Position numbers and translations under genes: made by a program
Notes under the pieces: model-generated
What the model was told of the DNA's origin: nothing
Database searches by the model: none
The model's input: the letters and a program-made list of their open reading frames with translations, nothing else
DNA from: Myxococcota bacterium
GTDB lineage: Bacteria; Myxococcota_A; UBA9160; UBA6930
Assembly: GCA_965223705.1 (NCBI GenBank)
Contig: OZ245015.1
Span: 4,256,001 to 4,320,000 of the forward strand
Direction: 5' to 3'
Length of the DNA stretch: 64,000 nucleotides
Part shown: one piece after another, positions 40,018 to 50,164 of the stretch
Layout of the letters: the number at the start of each line of letters is the position of its first letter
How positions within the stretch are numbered: position 1 is the first letter of the stretch

Positions 40018-41658
40018 ATGTCCGCCGACACTTCCGAAATCCAACTCGACGACCTCCGTCCGCTCGTCGCGGCGGGCGAAAGCCTGGTCGCACGCTCACT
40101 CGACCAGGTCCGCGACATCACCGGCGGTCCGAAGGGAATCGACGATCACCAGGTGATCGCTGAGAGGATTGCGTACGCCGCGACGGAAGCGCGGACCGCT
40201 CGGGAACTACTCAGCACCGCGGAGACAGCCGGCGGAAGCCTCAATGCGCTCGCGGCTGCGGGTATCGGCGAGCTCGTCACACGGCTTCGCAACCGGCTGG
40301 AGTCGCTGCTCGGGGATCTAGGGCTTTCCGAGGGCGACCTCGAAGCGATCTTCACCGCCGATGTCCGCAGTGCGCTGCGTCGCTGCTCGAGTGAATCGCT
40401 GGTTCGGGCCGTCGGGCGCGCCGCGATCGAAAGCCGCGGCCAGACGGATTGGCCACTCGACGAAACCCTCGGGCAGGTCCGCGAGGCCGTGCGTGAGTTC
40501 GCGGACGCCGAAATCGCGCCAGAAGCTGAACGAATCCACCGCAACGACGACATCATCCCAGAGGCGTTCATCACGAAAATGGCAGAGCTCGGGTACTTCG
40601 GGATGAGCATCCCCGAACAGTACGAGGGCTTCGAGATGGGCATGCTCGCGATGGTGCTGATCACCGAGGAGCTCTCCCGCGCGTCGCTCGCGGCCGCCGG
40701 TTCGCTGATTACGCGTCCCGAAATCCTCGCGAAAGCGCTCCTCAAAGGAGGAACCGAAGACCAGCGCCAGCACTGGCTCCCGAAAATCGCGAGCGGTGAA
40801 TTGATGGTCGCCATTTCCGTGACCGAGCCCGATGTCGGGAGCGACGTCGCTTCGCTCAAGTGCCGTGCGACTCGCGCGACGGTCGACGGAGAAGAAGGCT
40901 GGGTGATCAACGGCCCGAAAGCGTGGTGCACCTTTGCGGGCCGGGCGAACATCATCGCCCTCCTCGCGCGAACGGACCCCGACCCGAACGCACGCGCGAA
41001 GGGGCTCTCGCTCTTCATCGTGCCAAAGGACACCTTCACGGGTCACGATTTCGAAATGAAGCAGACCAGCGGCGGCCGCATCGTCGGCAAGGCCGACGCC
41101 ACACCGGGCTATCGGGGGATGCACTCGTTCACGTTGAACTTCGAGGATTACTTCGTGCCGAAGGACCACCTGGTCGGAGGCGACGACGGCGCCGGTCAGG
41201 GCTTCTATCTGCAGATGGCGGGGTTCGCGGCCGGTCGGCTCCAAACCGGGGGTCGCGCGACGGGGCTCGCCCAAGCGGCGCTCGAGAAAACGGCGGAATA
41301 CGTCGTCGACCGGAACCAGTTCGGAAAAGCCATCAGCGACTTCCAGCTGACGGAATACCTCATCGGCCGCATGGCGGCGCTTCTCGCGGGCGCGCGCGCC
41401 ATCAGCTATGCGGCCGCGGAGGAGATGGAGGCCGATGAGCGAAAGGCGGCGCTCATCGCCGCTCAGGCGAAACTCCTCTCGTGCGACGTCGCCGTTGAAG
41501 TCGCGCAGCAAGGCCAGGTGCTGCACGGCGGCTGGGGCTACGCCGAGGAATACCCGATCAGCCGTTACGTGGCGGACAGCAACGTGCTGCCGATCTTCGA
41601 AGGTGTGAAACCGATCCTCGAGCTGAAGGTCGTCGCGCGAGCGCTCCTCGCGAGCTAG
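40018..41658 (+). CDS. acyl-CoA dehydrogenase with N-terminal extension, (2S)-methylsuccinyl-CoA dehydrogenase-like
   Basis: TEPDVGSD, GYRGM, GRLQT, HGGWGYAEEY, IFEG; 546 aa. Confidence 0.8.
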   Translation: MSADTSEIQLDDLRPLVAAGESLVARSLDQVRDITGGPKGIDDHQVIAERIAYAATEARTARELLSTAETAGGSLNALAAAGIGELVTRLRNRLESLLGDLGLSEGDLEAIFTADVRSALRRCSSESLVRAVGRAAIESRGQTDWPLDETLGQVREAVREFADAEIAPEAERIHRNDDIIPEAFITKMAELGYFGMSIPEQYEGFEMGMLAMVLITEELSRASLAAAGSLITRPEILAKALLKGGTEDQRQHWLPKIASGELMVAISVTEPDVGSDVASLKCRATRATVDGEEGWVINGPKAWCTFAGRANIIALLARTDPDPNARAKGLSLFIVPKDTFTGHDFEMKQTSGGRIVGKADATPGYRGMHSFTLNFEDYFVPKDHLVGGDDGAGQGFYLQMAGFAAGRLQTGGRATGLAQAALEKTAEYVVDRNQFGKAISDFQLTEYLIGRMAALLAGARAISYAAAEEMEADERKAALIAAQAKLLSCDVAVEVAQQGQVLHGGWGYAEEYPISRYVADSNVLPIFEGVKPILELKVVARALLAS

Positions 41659-42560
41659 AAGATCGCGAACAGCTCTTCGAACGCCTTCATTTGGTTGCCC
41701 ACAGCCGATGACGGGACCAAGATCGGCGTATTGATGCCGGCGTCAAAATACGCCTCGAGCCCTTCGCGGACCTCCGACGCGGTGCCGAACAACGTGCAGT
41801 CGGCGAGCCAGCGGTCGCTCATCAGCTCCGGCGTGCGCTTCCCCTCGCCGGCGTCAATCGCTTTCTCGATGGCTTCCATCTCCTCGACGTATCCGGCCTC
41901 TTTCCAGACGTTGCGGTAGTTGGGGAGCGACACGTAGCCCGTGAGCGTTTTGCGATTGCGGGCCGCGGCCTCCGCGCGGTCGTCGCTGATGCACGTCGGA
42001 ATCATGTTGCCGATCAAGAAGCTCGGATCGTTCCGCTTGGCCTCGGGAAGCGCCGAGAGCGACTCCGCCAAGTGACTCCGCGCGACGTTGGCGTAGACGA
42101 TTCCGTCGGCGATCTCGCCGCCGAGCGCGACCATCTTCTTGCGCAGCGCTGCCAGCACGAGGGGTGGCTGCTCGCCAGTGTGGGGAGTCGCGCGCCACGC
42201 GTCGACAAACGCCCGTGTGTCCGCGAGGGGTTTGCCGGTATCGACTTTCAGGCGGCTTGTCACCGGGCGGTGACTGACCCCGATCCCGAAGTGGAAGCGA
42301 CCGTCGGACAGCTCGTGAATGAGCGCCGTACTCTGGGCGTAGTCCGTCGGGTGACGCGTGTACAGGTTCGCGATCGCGGTCCCGAAGTGGATGCGCTGGG
42401 TCGCCGAGGCGAGCGCCTGACAGAGCCCCATGCCATCGCCGAAACTCGCACAGTAGATCCCCGAAAAACCTCGCTTCTCGATTTCTCCCGCGAGCTCGAG
42501 GGTCTGCTTTCGTCGGCCGGCGACGGCGGCGAGTGCGAGCGAGGGCATGCGAGTGGACAT
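41655..42560 (-). CDS. LLM class flavin/F420-dependent oxidoreductase
   Basis: GTAIANLYTRHP, GRFHFGIGVSH, LAAL..KM..LGGEIADG. Confidence 0.88.
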   Translation of the reverse strand: MSTRMPSLALAAVAGRRKQTLELAGEIEKRGFSGIYCASFGDGMGLCQALASATQRIHFGTAIANLYTRHPTDYAQSTALIHELSDGRFHFGIGVSHRPVTSRLKVDTGKPLADTRAFVDAWRATPHTGEQPPLVLAALRKKMVALGGEIADGIVYANVARSHLAESLSALPEAKRNDPSFLIGNMIPTCISDDRAEAAARNRKTLTGYVSLPNYRNVWKEAGYVEEMEAIEKAIDAGEGKRTPELMSDRWLADCTLFGTASEVREGLEAYFDAGINTPILVPSSAVGNQMKAFEELFAIF

Positions 42561-42591
42561 GGTGCTTCTCCGTCAGGGTCTCCGTCGGCGA

Positions 42592-43347
42592 CTAGGTCGC
42601 CCCAAAGACCTTTTTCAACAGTTCTGTGGTGCGGGCCGCCGGATCGCTGCGAATCGAGGCCTCTTCGGCCGCCAGGTAGTGAAAAATTCCCGCGAGTCCA
42701 CCGTCGAGGACGTGGTCCGTGAGGTTCGCCGTAACGTCGGGCATGAAAGGAATCTTCTGGTAGCTCGACATCGCCCGATCGAAGGCCGCGACCGCTCCGA
42801 CTTCCGCCAGTGAGCTCTCGACGATGGGCCGGAAAGCGTCTCGCAGCTGCCCCGACGTCTTCTCTTTGAAATACTGGGTCGCGGCGTCCTCGGGGCCGTT
42901 GTAGATCCCGGTGACGTCGTCCAGGGTGAGCTGGGTAATCGCGCCGAAGAAGATTTCTTTCGCCTGGGGCGTGGCGGCTTCAGCGGCCCGGTTCATCTTG
43001 AGCTCGAGGTCGTCGAGGAGCGACGACATCCCGACTTTCTCGAGCGCGGACTGCACTTTCGACAAGCTGTCCGGGAGCGGGATGTGCGCGACCGGATCGG
43101 CGTTGAAACCGTTCGCGGCGCCGAGCTGGTCCACGACGCGCCCGGAACCGACGCGAAGCGCTTCTTTGAGGCCCGACCCGATTTCGCTGTCCGAAAGGCC
43201 CCCGCCACCGGTCAGGCCCTGCAAGATCGACTTGCCGCGGCTGAGCCAATCCGCGCCGACGGCCGGGCCCGCGGTGCAGAGGCCAGCGACGACGGCCGCC
43301 ACGACCCATGCGAGTCGGATCGACGGTTGTTTGCGATTCGAAAACAT
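42592..43347 (-). CDS. DUF4197 family exported protein
   Basis: SGLKEAL, IPLP, MNRAAE, AATQYF, IRSDPAARTTELLKKVFG. Confidence 0.9.
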   Translation of the reverse strand: MFSNRKQPSIRLAWVVAAVVAGLCTAGPAVGADWLSRGKSILQGLTGGGGLSDSEIGSGLKEALRVGSGRVVDQLGAANGFNADPVAHIPLPDSLSKVQSALEKVGMSSLLDDLELKMNRAAEAATPQAKEIFFGAITQLTLDDVTGIYNGPEDAATQYFKEKTSGQLRDAFRPIVESSLAEVGAVAAFDRAMSSYQKIPFMPDVTANLTDHVLDGGLAGIFHYLAAEEASIRSDPAARTTELLKKVFGAT

Positions 43348-43436
43348 CCTGTGTTCTCCAGTGGTGGTTTGTGTTGTACCACTCATCCGACGATTTCCGC
43401 AGCGCGGAATTCACTTTCTTCTTACTCTCCGGATCG

Positions 43437-44885
43437 ATGGAGGCTGAATTCGAAGCGGCATTCGCCCGCCTCGTCGACGACGCGCTCGTTGCGGATCCAC
43501 GGCTCTCGCTCTCGCTTCGAGTCGTTCGCGAGCGAAGCGAAACGCTCGAAGTGCAGCGCGGGGTCGACGAGCCCGTAGCGCTCGCCGAAGACTACGGCGC
43601 GATGGTGTCGGTCAGCCGAGGGGGCGCCCCCACCTACGCCGCGACGAGCGACGTTTCGGAACAGGGCTTGCGCGCGGCGTACGCGCGCGCGCTCCGCTGG
43701 CTCGACGCGCGCGGCGCGGGTCCCGTGAGCGAGGTACCGCAGCTCGTAGCGCGACGCGGGAGCTACGAGACGCCAGATGTCGAGAGCTTGTTGCGCGTGC
43801 CCGTGGAAGAGCGCATGGACTTGCTGCGGCGCGCTTCCGAGCGGCTCCGCCCGGACCCCTGCGTGGTCGACTGGAGCGCGGCGCTCTGGTGCGCCGAAAC
43901 CGAGTCGCTCCTTCTCGACTCCGCCGGGAGTCGTATCGAGCAAACTCTCATCATGGTTCTGCCCGAGCTTCGTGCGACGGCGCACCGCGATGGAGAAAGT
44001 CAGAGTCGCACTCTGGCGGGCCACAACCATGCGCGCCAGGGCGGCGTCTCCCTCCTCGAGGACATCGCTTTTCTCGATCGAGCGTCGGGTCTCGCCGAGC
44101 AAGCGATCGAGCTCCTGTCCGCTGAAAACTGCCCGAGCGGCCGCTATCCCCTGATCCTCGCGCCGGATCAGATGGTGCTTCAGATTCACGAATCGATCGG
44201 ACATCCGCTGGAGCTCGATCGCATCCTCGGCGACGAACGCAACTACGCGGGGACGAGCTTCGTCACGCCCGAGATGTTCGGGACCTACCGCTACGGATCC
44301 CCGCTCCTCAACGTGAGCTTTGCGCCGGATGTACCCACGGAGCTCGCTTCCTACGCGTTCGACGACGCCGGAAGCGCTGCAGGGCGCGCGCTGCTCATCG
44401 AGGAGGGAATCCTCAAACGGCCCCTCGGCGGCGCTCTCTCCGGCGCTCGGTCCGACCTGCCGAGTGTCGCCGCCGCGCGCGCGTCGAGTTGGAATCGGCC
44501 ACCGATCGATCGTATGGCCAACCTGAACATCGAACCGGGAAACGCGAGCTTCGAGGATCTCGTCGCGCCGATCGAAGAGGGCTTCCTCTTCGAAACCAAC
44601 TGCTCTTGGTCGATCGATCACGAACGCAACAAGTTTCAGTTCGGCTGCGAGCGCGGGCGGCGTATTCGAGGCGGCGAGCTCGCCGAAGTCGTCAAGAACC
44701 CGAACTATCGCGGTCGCTCGGCGGATTTCTGGCGAAAGCTCGACGCCGTGGGGAACGCAGCGCTCTGGGAGATCCTCGGCACGCCCTATTGCGGCAAAGG
44801 CGAACCCAACCAAGTGATCCGAGTCGGCCACGCCTCGCCTCCCTGCCGCTTTCTCGACGTCGACGTCTTCGGGGGCGCGGCATAG
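43437..44885 (+). CDS. tldD: TldD family metalloprotease
   Basis: IHESIGHPLELDR (HExxxH), IDRMANL, CGKGEP. Confidence 0.92.
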   Translation: MEAEFEAAFARLVDDALVADPRLSLSLRVVRERSETLEVQRGVDEPVALAEDYGAMVSVSRGGAPTYAATSDVSEQGLRAAYARALRWLDARGAGPVSEVPQLVARRGSYETPDVESLLRVPVEERMDLLRRASERLRPDPCVVDWSAALWCAETESLLLDSAGSRIEQTLIMVLPELRATAHRDGESQSRTLAGHNHARQGGVSLLEDIAFLDRASGLAEQAIELLSAENCPSGRYPLILAPDQMVLQIHESIGHPLELDRILGDERNYAGTSFVTPEMFGTYRYGSPLLNVSFAPDVPTELASYAFDDAGSAAGRALLIEEGILKRPLGGALSGARSDLPSVAAARASSWNRPPIDRMANLNIEPGNASFEDLVAPIEEGFLFETNCSWSIDHERNKFQFGCERGRRIRGGELAEVVKNPNYRGRSADFWRKLDAVGNAALWEILGTPYCGKGEPNQVIRVGHASPPCRFLDVDVFGGAA

Positions 44886-46207
44886 TGCGCGAAACGTTCC
44901 ACGCGCTAGCGGCGCATCTCCGCAGCCGGCGGCGCGCAAACGAGGATTTCGCCGCGACGTTCTACGGCGAGCAATCGGAGTTCGCGCGGTTCTCGAAGAG
45001 CGTTCCGCACCAGACCGGGTCGGTCGATCAACGCGAGCTCGATCTCCGCTTCATGGTGGGGCGACGTCAAGCGCAGATGTCGCTCTCGCTGACCGGCCAA
45101 CCGAAGGAGGACCGCGACCGAGTCGATCGCGCGGTGTTGCGACTCCGCCAGATTGCCGAAGCCGGCCGGGAGGATCCCTATCTCAAGCTGCCGACGGAAG
45201 TGGAGGAAAGCGAACGCGTCTCCGTGGAGGAGAACGTCGATGCGCGGGAGCAGCTCGAGTTGTTCTGTCGGCTACACCGCGACGTCGATAGCGTGGGCGT
45301 GCTGGCGGCGGGGCCCCAGTTCGTGGGTTTCGCGAACGGAGCGGGCCAGCACAACTGGCACGCCGTTTCGAGCCATCAATTCGACTGGAGCCTCCATGAG
45401 GCCGGCGGGCGCGCGGTCAAGGCGAACTACGCCGATTTTCGGTTCGACGCCGAAGTGTTGACACAACGCGTTCACGCGGCGCGGGAAGCGCAGCGCGCCC
45501 TTCGCAGAAACACCCGAACGCTCACGCCCGGCCGCTACCGCGTGTATCTCACGCCCGAAGCGCTCGATGAGATCTTTGGTCTCGTCGCCTGGGACGGTTT
45601 TTCTCTGCGCGCCCAACGGACCCGATCGACTTCTCTGCTCAAGTTGGTCGAGGGGCGTGCGTCGCTCCATCCGGCACTGGACATCCGCGAAGATACGGCC
45701 CGAGGACTCGCGCCGAATTTCGACGCGTTCGGTTTTCGTCGCCCGGATCGTGTCACGCTCGTCGCCCGGGGCTGCCATGCCGATGCGCTCGTCTCACCGC
45801 GTTCTTCCGCGGAGTACGCCGTGCCGACGAACGGTGCCTCCGGAGCTGAATCGCCGCTCTCTCTCGATGTCGGCCCGGGGTCCCTCGACGCGGAGCGCGC
45901 GCTGCAAGAGCTCGGGACCGGGATCTACATCAGCAATTTGTGGTATTCGAACTTCTCGGATCGCAACGCGTGTCGAACCACGGGAATGACGCGCTTCGCG
46001 ACGTTGTGGGTCGAGGGCGGCCAGGCCGTGGCCCCGATCGAGGTCATGCGCTTCGACGACACGCTGTACCGAATGCTGGGAGAGAAACTCGTCGGACTGA
46101 CATCACAGACGCACTTCTTGCCCGATCCCGGCACCTACGGGCGTCGGTCCCTGCGCAGCGCGCGGCTTCCGGGAGCGCTCGTCGACGACTTCACGCTCAC
46201 GCTCTGA
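44885..46207 (+). CDS. TldE/PmbA family protein
   Basis: PGRYRVYLTP, SNLWYSNFSDR, TGMTRF; no HExxxH; coupled to tldD. Confidence 0.88.
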   Translation: MRETFHALAAHLRSRRRANEDFAATFYGEQSEFARFSKSVPHQTGSVDQRELDLRFMVGRRQAQMSLSLTGQPKEDRDRVDRAVLRLRQIAEAGREDPYLKLPTEVEESERVSVEENVDAREQLELFCRLHRDVDSVGVLAAGPQFVGFANGAGQHNWHAVSSHQFDWSLHEAGGRAVKANYADFRFDAEVLTQRVHAAREAQRALRRNTRTLTPGRYRVYLTPEALDEIFGLVAWDGFSLRAQRTRSTSLLKLVEGRASLHPALDIREDTARGLAPNFDAFGFRRPDRVTLVARGCHADALVSPRSSAEYAVPTNGASGAESPLSLDVGPGSLDAERALQELGTGIYISNLWYSNFSDRNACRTTGMTRFATLWVEGGQAVAPIEVMRFDDTLYRMLGEKLVGLTSQTHFLPDPGTYGRRSLRSARLPGALVDDFTLTL

Positions 46208-46227
46208 AGAGGTGTGAGCGGGGCCGC

Positions 46228-46518
46228 CTACTTGCGACCGGACAGCGCCTTCTGAACGCGGCGCTTCAGTCGACGCGCTTTGGTCGGGAGCTTGGCGTCG
46301 TCGCTCTTCAGCAAATACGCGTCGAGTCCGCCCCGCTTTTGCACGGTTCGAATCGCCCGGGTGGTGACGCGGAGCGAAACCGTGCGGCCGAGCGCCTCGC
46401 TCAACAAGCTGATGTTCTGCAGGTTCGGATCGAACCGGCGAGGTGTGACGCGATTCGAGTGCGCCACGTTGCGGCCGGCGCGCGTTCGCGTGCCTGTGAG
46501 ATCGCATTCTCGAGGCAT
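46228..46518 (-). CDS. rpmB: 50S ribosomal protein L28 (zinc-ribbon-less form)
   Basis: RECDLTG..GRNVAHSNR..RRFDPNLQ; single Cys. Confidence 0.95.
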   Translation of the reverse strand: MPRECDLTGTRTRAGRNVAHSNRVTPRRFDPNLQNISLLSEALGRTVSLRVTTRAIRTVQKRGGLDAYLLKSDDAKLPTKARRLKRRVQKALSGRK

Positions 46519-46521
46519 GCG

Positions 46522-46770
46522 CTACCCCTTCTTCTTGCCGTAGCGCTTGCGGAACCGATCGACGCGCCCGTCGGAATCGACTTCGCGCATCTGCCCCGTC
46601 CAAAACGGATGGCTCGCCGAGGAGATTTCGAGCTTGATCACCGGTAGCGATTCGCCGTCGACTTCTTTCGTCTCTTCGGAAGTCATCGTCGAACGGGAAA
46701 CCCATTCATCGCCGGTCGCGGAATCGACGAACAAGACCTTGCGGTATTCGGGATGGATTTCCGGCTTCAT
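46522..46770 (-). CDS. rpmE2: 50S ribosomal protein L31 type B
   Basis: MKPEIHPEYR..ISSASHPFWTG..GRVDRFRKRY; no Cys; 82 aa. Confidence 0.95.
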   Translation of the reverse strand: MKPEIHPEYRKVLFVDSATGDEWVSRSTMTSEETKEVDGESLPVIKLEISSASHPFWTGQMREVDSDGRVDRFRKRYGKKKG

Positions 46771-46775
46771 CGTTC

Positions 46776-47081
46776 TTACCAGCTCGACTTTCGGACGCCC
46801 GGAAGCTCTCCGCGCAGCGCCATTTCGCGAAGCATGATCCGGGACACGCCAAATTTTCGATACACCGCCTTCGACCGTCCGGTCACACGGCACCGTCGCG
46901 TGCGACGCGCGGGACAGGAGTTCGTCGGCAGTTTCTCAAGAGCGGCAAGGGCCTCGAGCTTCTCGTCGATGTCGAGGTTTGCGTTCTTCAGTTTCTTGCG
47001 GAGTGCGGCGCGCTTCTCAGCATAACGGTCGATCAGTGAGGCGCGGAACGCGTCGCGATTCTTCTGTGATTTCTTCGGCAT
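46776..47081 (-). CDS. rpsN: 30S ribosomal protein S14 (101-aa zinc-independent form)
   Basis: [36 protein letters not shown]. Confidence 0.95.
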   Translation of the reverse strand: MPKKSQKNRDAFRASLIDRYAEKRAALRKKLKNANLDIDEKLEALAALEKLPTNSCPARRTRRCRVTGRSKAVYRKFGVSRIMLREMALRGELPGVRKSSW

Positions 47082-47091
47082 AGGGAGCGGG

Positions 47092-47130
47092 AAGGTATCC
47101 ACGAGGCGTTCACGGCGCAATCGCGTTTCG
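47092..47130 (-). promoter_or_regulatory. sigma70-type promoter with overlapping candidate Zur operator
   Basis: TTGCGC(47120-47115)-N17-TACCTT(47097-47092); pseudo-palindrome cGCAAT-cgc-GTTTCg at 47116-47130. Confidence 0.5.
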
Positions 47131-47148
47131 GCCCTTCCCCGAGGGGTT

Positions 47149-48561
47149 TCAGCCCCTTTCTGCCGCCGTCGCTCGAATCCTCTCCCAGGCTTCCTCGACA
47201 TGGCGCGCTTCGGTGAGGGTTCCGCCGATCGCCATCCGGAGCGTCGGGCGGCCGTTGAGTTCGGTTGCGGTGAGGTAAAGAGCCCCCGATCGATTGAGTT
47301 CCTCGAGGAGGGATCGGCTGCCGGCGTCGTCTCCGACCAGTCGAAAACAAACGAGGCCGAGGCGCGGCGGCGCCGCGAGCTCAAAAGCGGAATCGCGGTC
47401 GACCCATTCCGCGAATCGGCTGGCCAGCTCGGTGTGGCGCCGGACGTGCGCGCGGAGCCCGCTGGCCCCGAAGCTCCGCAGCACGAACCAGAGCTTGAGC
47501 GCTCGGAACCGTCGCCCGAGCGGGATCTGCCAATCTCGGTAGTCGATGACCTCGCCGGAATCCGTCGCGCGGTTCTTCAGGTAGACCGGGTTCACCGCGA
47601 GGGCTTCGGTCAGCGCGCTGCGATCCCGGACGAAGAACGCGTCGCAGTCGAAGTTCGTCAGGAGCCACTTGTGGGGGTTGACGCAATAGGAGTCGGCGCC
47701 GTCGAGCCCTTCCTGGAGGTGCCGGTGCTCCTCGCAGATGGTCGCGCTACCGGCGTACGCCGCGTCGACGTGGAGCCACACACCCTCTCGGCGGCAGATT
47801 TCGGCGATCGCCGGGAGCGGATCGATCGCCGCCGACGAAGTCGTGCCCAAGGTCGCCACGACGAGGCTCGGAGTCTGCCCACGAGCGCGGTCTTCGCGGA
47901 TCGCGAGCGCCAGCGCCTCGGGCTGCAGCGCAAATTCATCATCCGTCGGAATCTTGCGGAGCTGATCGCGCCCGACCCCCGCGACCCCGACCGCTTTGTC
48001 GATCGAGGAATGCGCTTCTTCCGACGCGTAGACCGTGAGCTTCTCGGACATCCCCCGGTGGTTCGCCGCGCCTTCGGTGGCGCGCTCGCGAGCGGCGAGG
48101 AGCGCGCACAGCGTCGCGCTCGACGCGGAATCCTGGATCACGCCGCCGCCGGTGCCGCGCGACGTCAAGGCCTCGGGCAAGCCGAGTAGATCCGCCAGCC
48201 AATCGAGGACGTGGGTTTCGAGCTCGGTGCAAGCGGGGCTCGTCGCCCAGAGCATGCCCTGCACGCCCAAGCCGGCGGAAAGCAGTTCGCCGAGGACCGC
48301 CGGCCCCGACGCATTGGCCGGGAAGAACGCGAAGAAGTTCGGGGATTGCCAGTGCGTGAGCCCGGGCACGATGAGGCGCTCGACGTCGGCCAACAAGCGC
48401 GCGAAGGGTTCCGGGTCTTCCGGCGCTCGGTCGGGCAAGGCCTCGCGCAGCGCGCCGGGGCGCTCCCGGGACTGCACCGGGTGCTGCTCGATGTCGCGCC
48501 AGTAGTCGGCGACCCAGTCGACCAGCGCGTGCCCGGCGGCGCGAAACGCTTCGTCGTTCAT
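47149..48561 (-). CDS. PLP-dependent aromatic-L-amino-acid decarboxylase (group II)
   Basis: [45 protein letters not shown]. Confidence 0.93.
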   Translation of the reverse strand: MNDEAFRAAGHALVDWVADYWRDIEQHPVQSRERPGALREALPDRAPEDPEPFARLLADVERLIVPGLTHWQSPNFFAFFPANASGPAVLGELLSAGLGVQGMLWATSPACTELETHVLDWLADLLGLPEALTSRGTGGGVIQDSASSATLCALLAARERATEGAANHRGMSEKLTVYASEEAHSSIDKAVGVAGVGRDQLRKIPTDDEFALQPEALALAIREDRARGQTPSLVVATLGTTSSAAIDPLPAIAEICRREGVWLHVDAAYAGSATICEEHRHLQEGLDGADSYCVNPHKWLLTNFDCDAFFVRDRSALTEALAVNPVYLKNRATDSGEVIDYRDWQIPLGRRFRALKLWFVLRSFGASGLRAHVRRHTELASRFAEWVDRDSAFELAAPPRLGLVCFRLVGDDAGSRSLLEELNRSGALYLTATELNGRPTLRMAIGGTLTEARHVEEAWERIRATAAERG

Positions 48562-49520
48562 CGGAAGAGTTCGTCGCGCGGGTTCTTCGGGCCTGCTTCT
48601 TCGAGGGCCGAGAGCGCGTCGCGGCCCGCTTCGCCGAGATCTTTCGGCACGACGATTCGAACCGTCACGTACAGGTTTCCGGGCACGCCGCCGCGCGGCC
48701 GGGCTACGCCTTTCCCGCTCAAGCGCAGCCGCTTCCCGCTGTCGGTTCCCGGCGGAAGCGTCACGGTGGCGCGCCCGTCGAGGGTCGGCACTTCGATCTG
48801 CGCGCCGCGAATCGCTTCGACGACCGTGATGGGCACGTCTAGGTGGAGATCGTTGCCCTCGCGTCGGAAGACCGGATGGGGACGGACGCGGACTGTGGCC
48901 CAAAGGTCGCCCGGCGGACCGCCGCGCAGGCCCGGTTGCCCCTGGCCGCGCAGGCGGATGCGCCCCCCCGCCGCGACACCCGGAGGTATTCGGACCGTGA
49001 CCGTCTGCGGGTGCGACCGACCGCTCGCGTCGGGCCGATTCAGGGTCAGCCGCTTCTCGGTGCCGCGCACGGCTTCCATGAAGTCGAGTTCGATCTCCGC
49101 CTCGAGGTCGCCTCCCGGCCTCGGGCCGCGGCTCGACCCGCCGCCGAACTGCGAAAAGAGGTCTTCCAGATCAAATCCGGGGCCCGGGCCCTGGCCGCCG
49201 AAGCCGAACGGGAAGCCCTCGGAGCCCGCGGATCGCGCGCCGCCCCCAAAGCGCGCTCCGGCGCGCCGTGCCGCTTCCGCATCGAAACCCGCTTCGAGAC
49301 TCACGTCGCCGAACTCGTCGTAGTTCCGCCGCTTCTCCGCGTCGGAGAGGACGGCATACGCTTCGGTCACTTCCTTGAAGCGCTCTTCTGCGGAATCATC
49401 GCCGGGATTGACGTCCGGATGGAGATCGCGCGCGAGCTTCCGGTACGTCGTGCGCAACGTCTCGTCATCGACGTCGCGCGCAACGCCCAGGACCTTGTAG
49501 AGATCTCTGCGACGACTCAT
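48558..49520 (-). CDS. class B DnaJ protein (CbpA-like, no zinc finger)
   Basis: J-domain HPD, G/F region, C-terminal DnaJ domain, no CxxCxGxG. Confidence 0.9.
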   Translation of the reverse strand: MSRRRDLYKVLGVARDVDDETLRTTYRKLARDLHPDVNPGDDSAEERFKEVTEAYAVLSDAEKRRNYDEFGDVSLEAGFDAEAARRAGARFGGGARSAGSEGFPFGFGGQGPGPGFDLEDLFSQFGGGSSRGPRPGGDLEAEIELDFMEAVRGTEKRLTLNRPDASGRSHPQTVTVRIPPGVAAGGRIRLRGQGQPGLRGGPPGDLWATVRVRPHPVFRREGNDLHLDVPITVVEAIRGAQIEVPTLDGRATVTLPPGTDSGKRLRLSGKGVARPRGGVPGNLYVTVRIVVPKDLGEAGRDALSALEEAGPKNPRDELFR

Positions 49521-50164
49521 CCCGTTCCCCATCGATGCGCTGCTTCGCGGAACCTCTCTTTCTGAAACCGCACGCGCGAGGGGCGTTGCATCAGCCAGAC
49601 GGGCGCGCCTCGAAACGCGAAACGCTTCGTCACGCCGAAGCCGAACGATTCGTAGAGACGCCGATTTCGGTCGCGATCCGTCTCGAGATACGCCGCGACC
49701 CCGCACCGATCGACTTCGACGAGCCAACTCTTCAGCAGTCGTCGCCCGATGCCCGCGCCCTGTCGCTCCTCCGCCACGCCCAGCGTGGCCAGGTACCAAT
49801 GGGGGATCACCGGATGCTGGGACGCGAGTGTCTCGAATAGAACGCCAAAGTCTTTCGACGCCCTCGCGCCCTGGGCCCACGCGGCGCGCAAGCGGCCGCC
49901 CAGCGGCGGCACCGGAAACGGGAACGCTCCCGGCGGCGCGGCGATGAGAACCCCGGCGAGGTCATGGCGGTCACTCGCACACAGCACCGTCCCGTGACGG
50001 AGGGAAACCGGAAGGCTCGCGCGCAGCCCGGCTCGATTCGCCCGCTCGCGTTGGCCGGGATCGGCACCGAGCAGCGCTCGATTCAAGGGATTGTCGCGGA
50101 ACGCCCGCGCCAGCAAATCGACGGCGGCGGGTAAGTCCGCGACTACGGCGTTGCGTACGATCAT
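49517..50164 (-). CDS. GNAT family N-acetyltransferase
   Basis: HWYLATLGV..RQGAGIG, AYLET..N..LYESFGF. Confidence 0.9.
   Translation of the reverse strand: MIVRNAVVADLPAAVDLLARAFRDNPLNRALLGADPGQRERANRAGLRASLPVSLRHGTVLCASDRHDLAGVLIAAPPGAFPFPVPPLGGRLRAAWAQGARASKDFGVLFETLASQHPVIPHWYLATLGVAEERQGAGIGRRLLKSWLVEVDRCGVAAYLETDRDRNRRLYESFGFGVTKRFAFRGAPVWLMQRPSRVRFQKERFREAAHRWGTG

Noticed and set aside
43437..46207. TldD/TldE as part of a RiPP cluster
   Set aside because: No precursor peptide or modifying enzymes adjacent; looks like the common stand-alone pair
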